Positions 26,000 to 42,475 are shown, counted from the stretch's first letter. The stretch: DNA of 64,000 nt from Eledone cirrhosa (GCA_964016885.1 OZ024745.1:101122001-101186000), one strand, 5' to 3'. The notes: a model not told the origin generated them from the sequence alone. A program made the numbers and translations.

Positions 26000-27485
26000 G
26001 ACCTCTTCTCCTTCCTCACCTCCACCAAAGCCCTTAAGCTTCACTCACTTCTCCCCCCCTCCCCGTGTATCGGAGCCACGACCCTCACCCGAGAACAGCT
26101 CGACTCCTTTCTCTCCTTCTTCTGCTCCTTCTACCCCTCCCTCCACTTCACCACCTCTATCTCCACCACCCACGTCCACTTCTTAGACATCTCCATCGCC
26201 ATCGACCACCCTTCCCTCGCCACCTCCGCCTTCTTCAAACCCACCTCCTCCCACTCCTACCTCGACTTCACCTCCTCCCACCCGACACACACTAAACACT
26301 CTATTCCCTACTCCCAACTCCTCCGGATCCGCCGCCTCTGCAGCCGAGATGCTGACTTTGGGTCCCAAACCCTTTTCCTAGTCACACATTTCATCCGGCG
26401 AGGTTACCCCTCCTCGCCACACCGCCCTCACTCGCGCCCGTGCTGTCCACCGCTCCACCGCCCTCACCCCACGCCACCGCACACCCGCCGTCTCCCCTTA
26501 CCTACCACCTCTCCACTCTACTCCTCCACCGCACCATCCTCCGTCTCTTCCGACGCCTCCAGTCCGACCCCTCCACTCCCCCCCCCCTTCTTCAAACGCG
26601 TACGCAATCTCCGCATCCTCCTCGTCTACAGCTCCCTACCCCCCAATCCACGCTCTTCTTCCCCCCTCCCCGGTTCACTTCCCCGCTCCAGGCCTCGTTT
26701 CCACACCTGCCTCCACATCACCAACACCGCCACCTTCCATGATCCCAACGGCCACTCTCTCTCTGTCCGGCATGCCTTCCGCTGCACCTCCTACAACCTA
26801 ATCTATGGACTTCGCTGCATGGAGTGCAGCGCAACCTACGTCGGACAGACTGGACGTCGCCTGGCGGACCGTTTCACGGAACACCTCCGGGATATTCGCC
26901 TCGGCGGGAGTTCCCCGATCGCCCGCCACTTTTGCTCACCTGGACATTCCGCCCACCACCTCACAGTCTGTGGCCTTCTCAATGCCATGGAACACCCGCC
27001 ACCCGCCTCATGGTCGAACAACGCACCATCTTCACCCTCCAGACCCACACACTCCCGGCCTGAACTCCCCACCCCTATTCATTTAGCCTTCGACCGCCCA
27101 CCCGATCGCCCACCTAACCGCACACCCATACCCCCACCCTTTCCCCACTAACACCTCTAACACACTTTCCCTTTCACCCCCCCCCCTCTGGCCCATCCTA
27201 AAACTAACGGTCCCTCATTTACACAGACGAGAAAAGTATCTATTCTCGCCTGTCTTCTAGTCCAGCAGTCGCAAGCGGTGGGAGGGACCGTCCTGACGAA
27301 GGCCAGTTAAGCCTGAAATGCATAGACGGTTGTCCCCCTTGCTTCTGCTGGACATCACCAGAGGGCGTTAGCCCCCACCGTGTTTGCATAGCTACGGCTT
27401 CCTAAAACCGTATTTCCTTGGAGATACGAAATATTTATACATATTGTATAAAGCTATGCTTGAAGCGAAATCCTATTTCTTTTAT
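26000..27485 (+). mobile_element. 5'-truncated C-rich Neptune-type PLE (RT thumb + GIY-YIG), decayed
   Basis: Translates SYLDFTSSHPTHTKHSIPYSQLLRIRRLCS...RRGYP and NLIYGLRCMECSATYVGQTGRRLADRFTEH. Confidence 0.88.
27287..27330 (+). ncRNA. Minimal type I hammerhead ribozyme
   Basis: accgtc CTGACGA aggc cagttaa gcct GAAA tgca TA gacggt: perfect 6-bp stem I, 4-bp stem II, palindromic stem III. Confidence 0.9.
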
Positions 27486-27487
27486 AA

Positions 27488-27556
<69 letters not shown>

Positions 27557-27559
27557 GGA

Positions 27560-28008
27560 AAGGAGCTCTTAAGAGTCAATGGCCATCCAAAATCACCGGG
27601 AGAGATGACCCCTTAGCCGTTGTCAAGGCAGAATTCTAGGAGAAGGAAAACTCTGATATAACACCTGCAACCCTGATGGTATCCAATGATGTTGACTTGT
27701 TCTTCTTTTTGGTAAATATCATCTTGGTTAAGAGAGTGGGACTGGCTTTGTGCAGTGCCTTCGCTCACTATAAAAGCTTCACGGCACAGGCATTGCTTTC
27801 TTTATATCTGGAGATCTCTCTGCACTTGTCGTCACATGGTACCATGGGCCCAGCACTATGTGTCAATAATTGTCACAAGTGTAGTGTTTGTATCAGAGTT
27901 TTCAAGTCGCTGGCTGGACTAAAAAGTCACACTCGTTCAGCGCATCAGTAGGGGTTCTCCTACATGGATATAAAGTAGTGGCCGTACTCGAAAACGAGTT
28001 GGCAGCCA

Positions 28009-28010
<2 letters not shown>
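27560..28010 (+). mobile_element. RTE-related short element with a C-terminal C2H2 finger remnant
   Basis: [22 protein letters not shown] just before a short 3' end and a microsatellite. Confidence 0.45.
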
Positions 28011-28063
<53 letters not shown>

Positions 28064-28084
28064 TATATATATGTGTGTGTGTGT

Positions 28085-28122
<38 letters not shown>

Positions 28123-28168
28123 ATACATATATATATATATATGTGTATGTATGTATATGTATATGTAT

Positions 28169-28261
28169 ATACAGAAGCGAAAACCAACCAAACAGTGAGT
28201 GTGTTCTGTTATTAATTCTGACAATATTATTACAACAATATGACCCTCTCCAAGTATAACA

Positions 28262-28265
<4 letters not shown>
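28169..28265 (+). mobile_element. Solo pLTR tail of the PLE copy-1 family in (TA)n
   Basis: Near-identical to 24577-24668. Confidence 0.85.
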
Positions 28266-28297
<32 letters not shown>

Positions 28298-28298
<1 letters not shown>

Positions 28299-28676
28299 CG
28301 ATATTAATAAATGGAAACTATATTTATAAAACCATATTTATTTCATTATACATATTTCAGGGATACCAAATTAAATTATGGTATGCCTTCATCAGACAAA
28401 ATACAATCTGGATGGCTTCCAAAAATAATGGTTGCATTTTAAAAGGGTACGTCAAAGCTTATTTGTAAAACTGTTATATATTGTATTTTGTCTGATGAAG
28501 GCATACCATAATTTAATTTGGTATCCCTGAAATATGTATAATGAAATAAATATGGTTTTATAAATATAGTTTCCATTTATTAATATCGTATATCTACTCC
28601 AAATACTTGTCGAGTGCTTTATATCAGTTATAAAAATATTTACTTGTTGTATCCCAACAATTTTAAATAGAACTTT

Positions 28677-28680
<4 letters not shown>
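28298..28680. mobile_element. Fold-back element with a hammerhead in each arm (family also at 40503, 43427, 44480, 47815)
   Basis: Arms 28298-28408 / 28480-28590; CTGATGA (28492) aggcatacca..tggtatccct GAAA (28529) tatgta TA. Confidence 0.8.
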
Positions 28681-28728
<48 letters not shown>

Positions 28729-30569
28729 CCCATTACTCTACGTATTGCAATCATTCTTAGTTAGCTTGCAATAGCCGGATTAATGGTCTTTGAACAGGAT
28801 TTGAACTAAAAACTTAACAGTTCAGCACTTACAATATTATTTACATATCATATTTCTGATTTTGCTTATGAAAAATCCAAGCTACAGAATTATTTTAACA
28901 TTACTTCTATTGATGCATTAATAAATCTATTCTGACACGTCTAAAATTCGTTGCTTCTTTTTCTTCTTTCTGGATTAATATTTCAAACCATATTAATTTA
29001 ACATTTTACTGTCATCTTAGACATTAGCTCTGCGGATGAGATGAAAAGCCATGAAAATTTGAACTTGGACTTCATCAAAACATAAAAGGAAATGACTTGA
29101 TGAATGAGAGATGATAAATTCTAAAGGGAACAAAGTAGAACGTTAGTTTTTGCATAGCATTATGAAATGGGTTTTTAGCCATTGAAATATAATCACATGA
29201 TATTTGACGAACAGCTGGCACAAAAGACAAAATTGAATATGTTAGCGACACTTTCCTCCATTAGAACTTGATAATTTTAGTCAGGGATTTAATGGATCAC
29301 ATTAATTAAAAAAATCAGTATTGAATATTGACCTTATAAACTTGTTTAGGCATTTAAAGTGAGAAATTTGCCAGTATTTTCTTTTTTTTTCAAAGCTCTC
29401 CTAGGGATGCTGTAAAGTTCTTAAAAGTCTTCTGATTGAAGTTTTCTTCGCCTCTTGTAGCCTGAATAGCATTAATTATATTTTACTAAAATCAGTGTTT
29501 GTTCGAATACAGGGCTGAATAAAATCCTTTGGTTTATATATTATATAAAACAGCCAGTGCTGATATTTCCTTGGAGATCACAAACATTATGCCCAATAAA
29601 TTATTAAAGAGTTGAATATTCAGATTATTCTACTCTTGAATTCAATCAGTTTTTGCTATGTATATACATGTACTCCCTGTCTTACGACTGGGTTCCGTTT
29701 CAACGAATCGGTTATAAATCGATGTAGATGTAACTTGACCACCTATACGTTTGGTCAGGGAAAATTTTTATATGCATTACTCATATGTATTGTAATACGT
29801 AACTAATACATTTTATCTTTTTGCGCATTATGCGTATTTACCAATATATTTAACTTTCTTTCTATAATTTTCTTACTATTACTTGATTTTGTATTACAAC
29901 ACAGGTACAGATCAAAGCTAAACAATTTATGATTTCACAAAAGACACTAGTACAGTTTACGCATATTTTATAACAGGAGTCAGAAAACCTTTTGGGAAGC
30001 AAGCCAGATCAGAAAATGTTTTTATGTCTCGCAGGCCTAGGCGAAAATAAAATGAAACCATGGCCATACAGCTTGCTTTTCAAAAATCCCTTTAATGTAT
30101 TCATCGTAAACGTGATACAGGTCAAAAAGAAGAAAGCATAGCGTTATCGCATAACGAATGCCAAGCGAAACTATGACTGTAAACCATATCTCATGCAATG
30201 TTTCTGTTTTGTATCTACAAAATATATGCTTACTCATCAGCTTAACGTGTATCCCAGTCAATCACATAATTAATAAAGCTTGATATAATTGTTTCTACTT
30301 TTGCCACAAGGCCAGCAATTACCGAGTGTATTACTGGTATTTTATTTTATCGACCCCGTAAGGGTGAAAGGCAAAGTTAACCTCGGTGGTATTTGAACTC
30401 AGAATGGAAAGGGCCGTAACTCTATACGTCAAAGCATGCGTCCGAGCCTCTACCGATACTGCCTACAAGATGTAATACAATTATTCCAATTATAATTGGA
30501 ATAATTATATTATCAGACTTTTTAATTAATATGATTAGAATAACAAAGTCAATCTGATTTAATAAGAAC

Positions 30570-30945
30570 AATAATAAAAAAAAGAAAAGGAAATAAAAGA
30601 AAAAAGAATAGGAAAATATAGAGAAAAAAGGAGAAAAAAAGAAAAAGAACGGGGGAGGGGAAGGCAAGAACTCTAGTGTCGCAGAAGAGAAGGGAGGGGT
30701 GAATGGGAGGGGAACTGGGCTTTGGGCCTAGCGCATGGGGGCAGAAGGACTGCGACCCGCTGACAAGGCCGCAAAAACATTCCCGTGGACAATGGCCAGT
30801 GACATCTGCTGCAACAGCCACCCAACCTCACGGGGCTCCTTCCTCAAACAGGCCGCCGACGTTCCGATCTTGCGGAGGAGCTCAGCTAGCTTCAAGTCAT
30901 TTCTGATTGCCCAGACGTTTAAGCTGGTGTCCATCCCATTATTCA
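30570..30945 (-). mobile_element. 3' fragment of a CRE-like (RLE) non-LTR retrotransposon
   Basis: ELLRKIGTSAACLRKEPREVGWLLQQMSLAIVHGNVFAAL resembles the CRE C-terminal QRLSLAIQRGNA motif; GC-rich island with a pyrimidine-rich tail. Confidence 0.6.
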
Positions 30946-31559
30946 AATAGTTATATTTGCTGTAACTTCACTCGATCCTGTAACTGAGATCTACTGACCA
31001 AATATAAATATTCTATAACTTATCCATTATTTTCATTTTAAATTCTTCTAGACATTACATGGTGTGTTGAGTAGTTAGCTTTTGGTAAAGCATATTTATT
31101 ACTAAAACATGAAAATAATGTTGTAGATAAAATATTGTTATTCGTTTGTAACACATAATAACTTATTATTATTAAACGCCAAAATATATTACCTCTTTAC
31201 AATAAAATCTTCACAGATTGTAAAGGTTGTAGAATTCTGACATGGCTCTTATTTTCCCCGAAGTTACGGCGAATTTTAAGCTACATAAAGTTTGTTTTTG
31301 TTTTCATTTTATCGTAGCCATTCAACATTTGGAATCCCATTCTTTTTCTCCATTTTCTTTTCTAGAGACATCTCCCCCGCCTCTATTTCAGACATCGTCT
31401 GTTCGTCTCCATTCTGTTTCTCTTATTTCATGTTACCATTTCCTTTTCGTTTTAGTGTGTTGTGAACATACCACAACTTTCCTTCTCTTTATCTCAACTT
31501 TCCAGAAAAATCATTTATTTCACATTCTCTTTTCTTTCATTATTTTTCTTTTCGTCTTT

Positions 31560-33006
<1,447 letters not shown>

Positions 33007-35230
33007 TGTATGTATTTCCTTTTCGTTGTATCTATCTATCTATCTATCTCCACTTCTGTATCACAGTTTCTCTCTTCCTTTCCTGTCTTTCGAGAAAATT
33101 AAATTCTTATCGAAATTTCCAGCATATGGTAAATGATATGTTTACCAAATTCAGATTTCTTTACACCGTTGATCGATGTATTCCTAAATTACAGATTTAC
33201 TCTCCTTGACTTTGGCTGTTTTTCTTTCTTTTTTCCTCTTATCAGCCTGTCGTTTCATTCTTTCCAATTTCAACAGTTTATCCATCATTGTATTTCCAAT
33301 ACCTCATCAGTTTCTCTATCCAACTGTCTGTCCACATCTTTCTGTATTTCTCTTCTATTTGCCTCTTTCGTTATCTGTGCATTACTATTTTCACCTAGTT
33401 GTTATCTATGAATCCATTTCTTTCTACAGCTTTCACTATGTCTGTCTTTCTAGATATATGTCCTCATTTTTCTTAATTTCGTTGATGTCCGCTCAACAGA
33501 TCAAGAATCGTCCCTGCCCCTACCTCCAATCGTTTGTCTATATTTAGGGAGGAAAAGTAACTTGAGTTGTTTTGCTGAACTTTCGGTATTTTCATAACAT
33601 TTTTTTTTCTGAACAGCTGATGGATTGAATTTAAAGAATTTGCTACGACTTTTTAACTTTTTGCGAAACCAAGTTCCTCGCAGTAGGAGCTAAATAAATA
33701 TTTTATAACGAACATATAACAAATCTATACATGATTGTAGAATCACTCTGGGAAACTGACTTCTTTAACAATGCCTTGTCATGCTTTTCAAACTAAGTAT
33801 ATCTAACAGTAATTACTGACCCTCAACAAACAAAGTTTGTGATATACACAAAGGAGTTCTGCTTCAAGATGTTCTTCCTCTTAAAATAGGAAGTTCTGAT
33901 TTGCGAACATTTTTTCACTGTTATTTCTATTAGGTCAAGCGACTACTTAAGAGATACTGCCATTGATTCGTTTTGGCTGAACCTTTTGCAGTCCAGTGGT
34001 GATTTGTTTGTAACAAGCGTTTGCAACACACCAAAGATCTTGTTATTAAATATTCTAGTTGTGCCGCTGTGGCCAATAAAACAAATCATCAAATATGTTG
34101 GTTGCATGTTTTTATTCTTTACAAGTCATCCAATACAGTAGATTGATTTGAAGGATATTAAGCTGTTAATATTTGCAGGTCGAGCGATCGCATAGAGCTT
34201 TCTTCGTTGCTCTTTCTGAATATGTTGGCAGTCGGTTTGTAAGAATAGATAATCCTTCGTCGGTCCACCTTTAAAAACTCCCCATGACTTTTTTTCTTTT
34301 CTATTCTACATTAATACTTCATACATAATAGTTAGTAGTAATATTTTCCAAAGCCGAAGCAATAATATTTCTATGAATCATTTCTTTCTCATTTATTTTT
34401 CGAAAACTGGAATAAACAAATAAATAAGTTTTCCAAAAATGTTATATGTAGTGAAATATATCCCTTTTTAGAGGGGCGTGTTCTAATATAAATGATAGAT
34501 ATTTTAAGAATTTAGTTATTTTCTTTTTATATATAATCCAGATAAGTGAATTTAAGTGTTTCAAGTATGCTCAAAGCAACGAAGTTCTCATAAAAATCCG
34601 CGTTGGCCCTTTTATAAAACGTTAAATGGGTGTCAAACAGTTGAAATCAGTTTGGCATCAATATATACTGTTGCGTTTTCCTAGATTTAGACTTCATTTT
34701 TATAAGTGGAGTGTAGGAAAATACATAGAATAATTAAGTGGTTGCCCAATTTTATAAGAAAATATTGAAAGATGAGAGACCCCATTCACTTATATTAGTT
34801 TCATGTTTTAGCACAAAGTGAATTAAATTACTTCAAATTTTAATGTTGAATGTCCTGGTTCTTATATAAAGATGTAAAACAAATAGATTACGGTACACAT
34901 TCGAGTGTAGTGCGAATTTTTATGATAAAGTATTTACGCAAAAATAGGCGGTTGCACTAAAAACAAGTACCTATTTGTTTTTGATAGGTTAGAATTCATG
35001 CTTTTCAGGAATCATAACCTATCTGATAGCTTACTGTACATTTCCCTGATACTGTTGGTTAACAACATCCAATTCTTTTGCAAAGATCCAAATTTTTCCA
35101 CAAGAAACATTGTAAGCCTTCTATTGGGTTTCACCATCAAATATACTTTTTCTTCTAACTGAAATCATTTGTTAGACTATCCTCTATTTATATAGTTACT
35201 AGTAGGTTTCGGCTTAAGTTGTAATAACAG

Positions 35231-35357
35231 CTTCCAGTTTTTAACAGTATCCACTGTTGCATTCAAATCTCTTCCATCTGCACAATTGTTTTCTCTCTGC
35301 ATACTCAACTATTTTATATCTACACTTAGCTACGTATCTGTTTCTCCTTGAATCCAT
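35231..35357 (-). pseudogene. Decayed pogo-type transposase N-terminal (Brinker-like) DNA-binding remnant
   Basis: MDSRRNRYVAKCRYKIVEYAER/NNCADGRDLNATVDTVKNWK with one frameshift resembles the POGK-like K.VEYAE..NNC.A........V..WRK pattern. Confidence 0.4.
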
Positions 35358-36649
35358 ATAGACGGTAAATATGGGTTTGCTAAAAGCGTCTTTGCAACAC
35401 TTAACACAGAAGAGAGAAGATAATCTTTGTGATTAAAAAGGGTTACATGTGTGTATCTGAATAACCCCATCTCACTTGCGCAATACCGACTAGATCCTAC
35501 TTGTACTGATAGCCTATTGTCTTGTAGTACAAAACCTGTTGGTATGGATTTATCGTAAATTCCAATTTCCGACAGCCTTTAGATGCTACTCGTATTTATA
35601 CGCCATATTTTCCCAACATTTAAACAAAGCGTAGAGAAGCAATATAATAGCTATTTCCTTCCTGTAGTCCGAAGATGCACGTCAATTTGTGAAAAGAAAT
35701 ATCATTCATTAATACTTCATTTACGTATGATATTTGAAAATTTAAGTGGCATACATAGGGGCGAAGGGTTTGCTTTACGTGTAGAGCAAAGAAAAGAAAA
35801 GAAAAGAAACTAGGCTACATAAGAAGCAGGCTTATGGTAAAAGAGATTATTGGTATGGTGCAAGGAGAAATGATGTACGAAAACAAATATATCTGCAAAT
35901 CTATCAGTTTTATTTTTTTATGATTTTTCACAATATTTTTTTGTACAAACTTTTCTTAGATAATTCGGTTAATTATCGATACATATTTACTAATAAAATG
36001 CATTTAAGATTTTATCTAGTAGTAAAATATTCCATTTTGATAGTCCTACGAGTATTGCTCAAAAGTGAGTTGCAGGGTTACTTTATCCATCAAGTATATA
36101 TGATAAGCTCAGTTAGAAACTGTGTTAGCAACACTGATCTTCCTATCCAGTATAAGAAATTAGAATATTATAAATATACTATCGTATTAATATTTCAAAT
36201 TCAAGTCTGTAGAAATAGGTTGATATTTTCTAAAAGTTATTGGATTTATTTAATCTAATCAGCTGGTCAAAACGTTATTTATAGCCCTTTCTCCTACTTT
36301 CCTATACAGTTAGATCTGCCCTTCTTTACACCTTTCCCCTTCTGCTCGTTGTTTGGTTTCGGTTTTATCCCTTTTCTTTTTCTTTCATATTTCCATCAAT
36401 ATTTGCAATATACAAGTGCGAATTGATTTATTGTCTGTAATTCTGTTTAATGGACACATATCATTTGAATTATTTACAATATATAGTGTTATGAATTTAT
36501 GTAATATTAGATAGAAAACAATAAACAAACTGTTTGAAATGAGTATATATCTAAAAAAAAAAAAATATCAGTAGTTACTTTGAATTATTCAAAAGCAATA
36601 TTCCATTGCCATAAATACTTCTATCTCTGTCTGTCTGTCTCTCTCTCTC

Positions 36650-36726
<77 letters not shown>

Positions 36727-36730
<4 letters not shown>

Positions 36731-37699
36731 CTGAACAAAAAGGAAAAACGAACACAGACATATATATATATGTGTTCAAATTGTAATGGACCAAAATCGC
36801 TAAGGTGAAAAAAATACTAACTACAGACAATAGGGTTTGCTAGACTCAATTTAAGAATAAATTAAGAAAAATAAATACAAACCAGTATTGTGGTAACTAC
36901 CATCATCCAGACGGTCTTTGATAGAACCGTTTCGCAATATTATTTGTGAAAAGATATACCAAATTCCAGGCTCATCAGTGGGTGATGAAATTAGTATCCT
37001 CCTCACTTCTAAGTCAAATTTGGTCCATTACGATTTGAACACATATATATATATATATGTCTGTGTTCATTTTTCCTTTTTGTTCAGTTATATACGTCTC
37101 GGAAAAATCTTTTTCCTAGAGCTAATTTACTGTAATGAGACTATTTTGAGTTTCTAACTCAATACATGCTTTTGATATATCCGGCTCCGTTAATTCGTAG
37201 CGCTATTTCAAATGTCGTGTAGACCCGGCTGCTATTTTTAGTGGCGTAAGTATGCGCGACACGCTAAGTTCGGGAAAATAGAAAACTGGAAAATATGTGT
37301 ATTTATATAACGCACATGGTTCCCGAACTTAGCGTGTCGCGCACACTTACTAATTTCATCACCCACTGATGAGCCTGGAATTTGGTATATCTCTTCACAA
37401 ATAATATTGCGAAACGGTTCTATCAAAGACCGTCTGGTGATGGTAGTTACCACAATACTGGTTTGTATTTATTTTTCTTAATTTATTCTTAAATTGAGTC
37501 TAGCAAACCCTATTGTCTGTAGTTAGTATTTTTTTCACCTTAGCGATTTTGGTCCATTACGATTTGAACACACATATATATATGTCTGTGTTCGTTTTTC
37601 CTTTTTGTTTAGTTATATACGGCTCGGAAAAATCTTTTTCCTAGAGCTAATTTACTGTAATGAGACTATTTTGAGTTTCTAACTTAATACATGCTTTTG

Positions 37700-37702
<3 letters not shown>
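36727..37702 (+). mobile_element. Retrozyme-like non-coding element: ~529-bp monomer as a partial tandem plus an inverted copy
   Basis: Direct repeat 37018-37180 / 37547-37702; 36727-36995 is the reverse complement of 37348-37615; microsatellites on both sides. Confidence 0.82.
37357..37442 (+). ncRNA. Full type I hammerhead ribozyme with a GUC site (mirror copy at 36901-36987, minus)
   Basis: catcaccca CTGATGA gc...gc GAAA cggt..accg TC tggtgatg. Confidence 0.85.
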
Positions 37703-37785
<83 letters not shown>

Positions 37786-37787
37786 TT

Positions 37788-39773
37788 GAGGATAGCCTCA
37801 GTAGGATAGAAGAGGTCCTTGACAAACTGGACCAGGGTCTCAACTTTCTGCTGCTGGGAGACTTCAACCTGCCAAAGGTCAAATGGCCTGAGGGCCACCT
37901 CCTCGCTGGAATGACATCACTAGAAGAGACAGACGGAGTCCCTGCTGGCTCTCACACACAGGCTGTTTATGGAACAAGCAGTACTCCTCCCAACAAGAGG
38001 CGAGAATGTCCTAGATCTCTGTTTTACAAAAAATGAAGTGCTCATCCACAATGTAAAGGTGACACTACAATTTTCTCGGATCATAACTTAGTAGAACTAA
38101 TGATATGTGGTCCGAAAAAACCAACAGAGACACAACCATCAAGAAGCACCGGGACCTTATCCAGCCTTAACTTCTACAAGTCTAACTGGAAAAAGATCAA
38201 GAGAGAAATCCGGAAGCAAATATGGAGCGACAACATCGCCACACAAGACACCAACACACATTTTCAACACTTCATGACAACGATACAAACTATATGCCAA
38301 AATTTTGTCCCGGAGAAAAAGGCCAACAGACACAAAAATCTTATTCCCAGATATAGGAAAACCCTTATGAGACGTAGAACTAAGCTCTCAACCAGTTGAA
38401 TGCACAACAAGAAAACAAAAACGAAAACAAGAAGGAATCCTATTTGAAACCTGCACTACTTGACATCGAGAATGCACTCAAACTTTCCCATGAAAATGAG
38501 AGGGCAAAGAAAGAAAGCAAGGCCATAGAAAATATTAAAACAAACCCTAAGGCCTTCTTTAAATTTGCAAAAGAGACTGCCTCGGTACACTGCAAGATTG
38601 GGCCACTCTTCCATAGACGGTTCATTAACCGAGAATCCCCAAGAGATAAGTGAAATACCGAATGAACAGTACAAAAGTGTGTTCACATGTCCACTGAGGC
38701 ACATGCAAATAACAAAGCCAGAGGATTTCTTTGATGCTACAACACTCCATGAAGAAATGGCGACCATCAACCATATGGACATAACGGAGGAGGATGTGGT
38801 ATACGCCATAGATGAAATTAGAACAGACTCAGCTGCTGGACCTGATGGATTCCCAGCATTCCTCTTAAAAAGATATAAGCGGGCCTTAGCAACTCCACTG
38901 ACGATGCTCTTCAGAAGCTCCTTGGCTAGCGGTAGACTACTTGGGGAGCTGAAAGAAGGCACAATATGCCCTATCCATAAAGGAGGTAGCAGAGCGGAGG
39001 CCAAAAACTATAGACCAGTCTCACTGACGTCACATATCAGTAAGGTCATGGAGCGAATCATCAGAAAGAAACTGATCACTTTCCTTGAGGAAAATGACCG
39101 CCTGACTAGCACACAGCATGGCTTTCGCCCGGTAAGAAGCTGCCTTACACAGCTGCTACGTCACTACGACTGGATACTGAAACAACTGCTAGACAGCGCA
39201 CATGTGGACGTGATATATCTTGATTTTGCGAATGCCTTTGACAAGGTCGACCACGGAATATATCACAAACTACACAGACTTGGCATAACTGGAAAAGTAG
39301 GTGAGTGGCTGAATTAAAGGACAGAAGCCAGACAGTCGCAGCAAACGGGGCCCTCTCAAAGGAAACATCAATAACAAGTGGGGTGCCCCAAGGCACAGTC
39401 CTGGGACCACTACTGTTTTTGGTGACTCTCTCAGACATGCTCTCTGTAGTACATACAACAACATCCCTCACTAGCTATGCTGATGACACTAAGGTAGCAC
39501 AGGCCATCTAAAAACCCGGCTGACGCTGCCCTTTTACAACAAGATCTGGATGCCATATACAAATGAGCGAAAGACAACAACATGCAGTTTAATGCTGGCA
39601 AATTCCAAGCCCTACAATACAAACCTGCAAACACAAATACAGTACAACACGGTTACGCCGGACCAGGAGGGACCGATATTCCCGTGTCGAAATCGGTACG
39701 AGACCTGGGTATAGACATGAGCGACGATGCATGTTTTTCCTCACACATGAAAATGGTGTCAATCTGTAGACGA
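37788..39773 (+). mobile_element. CR1/L2-group LINE ORF2 fragment (APE C-terminus + RT), pseudogenised
   Basis: LLGDFNLP, SDHNLV, AAGPDG, NYRPVSLTS, QHGFR, YLDFANAFDKVDH, SGVPQGTVLGPLLF, YADD; stops and frameshifts. Confidence 0.92.
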
Positions 39774-40460
39774 CTCGATTGTTCAACACTGACAAAGGAA
39801 CGCTGTACTAGTTTCTGTTAGTGTTGAACAAACGAGCAACGATGGTTGCTAGACACTACGGCTTAATACGGGATGTTTGTTTACAAACACACCGAGCATT
39901 ATAATAAATGTTCGGTGAATCCATACGTACATATATATATGTGTGTGCATGTATGTATATATATATACATACTACTGTACGTCTGTATACATATATGTAT
40001 GTACGTGTACATATTTATATTTAAGTAACAGCCGTACTAAGAGTGGGAAATGAAATTTCGTTTCATTTTTTTCCGTTTATCGTTTTCGGTGCACCCGGCC
40101 GATTAACCCACTCGATATGCAAATTAGGTTGCTCAGCCGTTAATATGCATAAGGAAAGTATATACTTTCAGACGTTCAATCAACTGGCAGGAAGGTATAC
40201 GTTGCTGACGATAGCTAATAAGCTTGAAACTAGTACAACGTTCCTTTGTCAGTGTTGAACAAACGAGCAATGATGGTTGCTAGACACTACGGCTTAATAC
40301 GGGATGTTTGTTTACAAACACACCGAGCATTATAATAAATGTTCGGTGAATCCATACGTACATATATATATGTGTGCATGTATGTATATATATATATATA
40401 TACATACTACTGTACGTCTGTATACATATATGTATGTACGTGTACATACTTATATTTAAC
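39774..40460 (+). mobile_element. Retrozyme-like element: 431-bp monomer as a 1.5x tandem with a 42-bp 5' inversion
   Basis: Direct repeat starts at 39821 and 40252; 39774-39815 is the reverse complement of 40226-40267; truncates the CR1 fragment. Confidence 0.85.
40199..40241 (+). ncRNA. Minimal hammerhead ribozyme
   Basis: acgttg CTGACGA t agct aata agct t GAAA ctag TA caacgt. Confidence 0.88.
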
Positions 40461-40502
40461 ATTATATATATATACATATATATATATATGTATATAAATA
40501 TG

Positions 40503-40660
40503 TGATATTAAACAAATGGAAACTATATTTATAAAACCATATTTATTTCATTATACATATTTCGGGGATACCATATTAAAAATATGGCATGCCTTCGTCA
40601 GATAAGATACAATATATAAACAGTTTTATAAATAATTTTGACGTACCATAAATATGAGCG
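40503..40660 (-). mobile_element. Single-arm copy of the 28-kb family with a hammerhead
   Basis: Minus strand: CTGACGA aggcatgccatat..atatggtatcccc GAAA tatgta TA. Confidence 0.75.
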
Positions 40661-40664
40661 ACCA

Positions 40665-40963
40665 TTATATATATGTATATTTATATACATATATATATAT
40701 ACATATGTATATGTATATATATATATACATATACAAATACATACATATCAAATACATACATACATATACATACATATACATACATACATACATACATACA
40801 TATACATACATACATACATATACATACATACATACATATATATATGTATATATATAAATATATGTATATATATAAATATATGTATATCTATATATATATA
40901 TATATACAAATATATGTATATATATAAATATATGTAGGAGGTGTATATATATATAAATATATG

Positions 40964-40997
<34 letters not shown>

Positions 40998-41035
40998 CAT
41001 ATGTATATATATACATATATATATATATATACATA

Positions 41036-41111
<76 letters not shown>

Positions 41112-41112
41112 C

Positions 41113-41151
<39 letters not shown>

Positions 41152-41162
41152 CATATATATAC

Positions 41163-41225
<63 letters not shown>

Positions 41226-41226
41226 C

Positions 41227-41260
<34 letters not shown>
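40665..41260. repeat. Compound (TA)/(TACA)/(GA) microsatellite
   Basis: Directly visible. Confidence 0.95.
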
Positions 41261-41266
<6 letters not shown>

Positions 41267-41774
41267 AACTGGATAGATATAGATATGTATGTGTATAAAT
41301 ACTTTCTCTAAATTAAACCTCATAGTTACGTGCCAACAATTTAAAAATACGAACTATTCAGAAAAGTGTGATGTATGTCAACGAGTATAAATCGCTGGCA
41401 ACGATATCTGACATTCACAATATGGTCATCAAATTCCTCGTACGTTTCTTTAACTTCAATAATATTCCAGTCATTTCAGTAAAAATACATAGACAATTGT
41501 CAAGAAATTCCTTCAGTTGGCGTTGTCTGCTGCCATACCTTTATGATTAATTGCACAGCCGTAGAATTCTCGTCAAACAATTCAGCATAACATTTCCAGC
41601 AAGTAGTTTATATAGTACACAGCTTTTGAATTCTTTCAGGAAATCGATTTGAGTTTCATTTAGAAATTTCTATTGAGAGTGTGATATTTCTATCGCTATG
41701 ATTCTTGAACCATTTTCATATCTTATATTATAACTAACAGAAATACCACCCTTCAGGTGGTTTTCTGCTAGAGT

Positions 41775-42475
<701 letters not shown>

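Noticed and set aside
29655-30040. Tigger- and hAT-like terminal sequences
   Set aside because: Only single ends are visible; no matching TIR or TSD was found.
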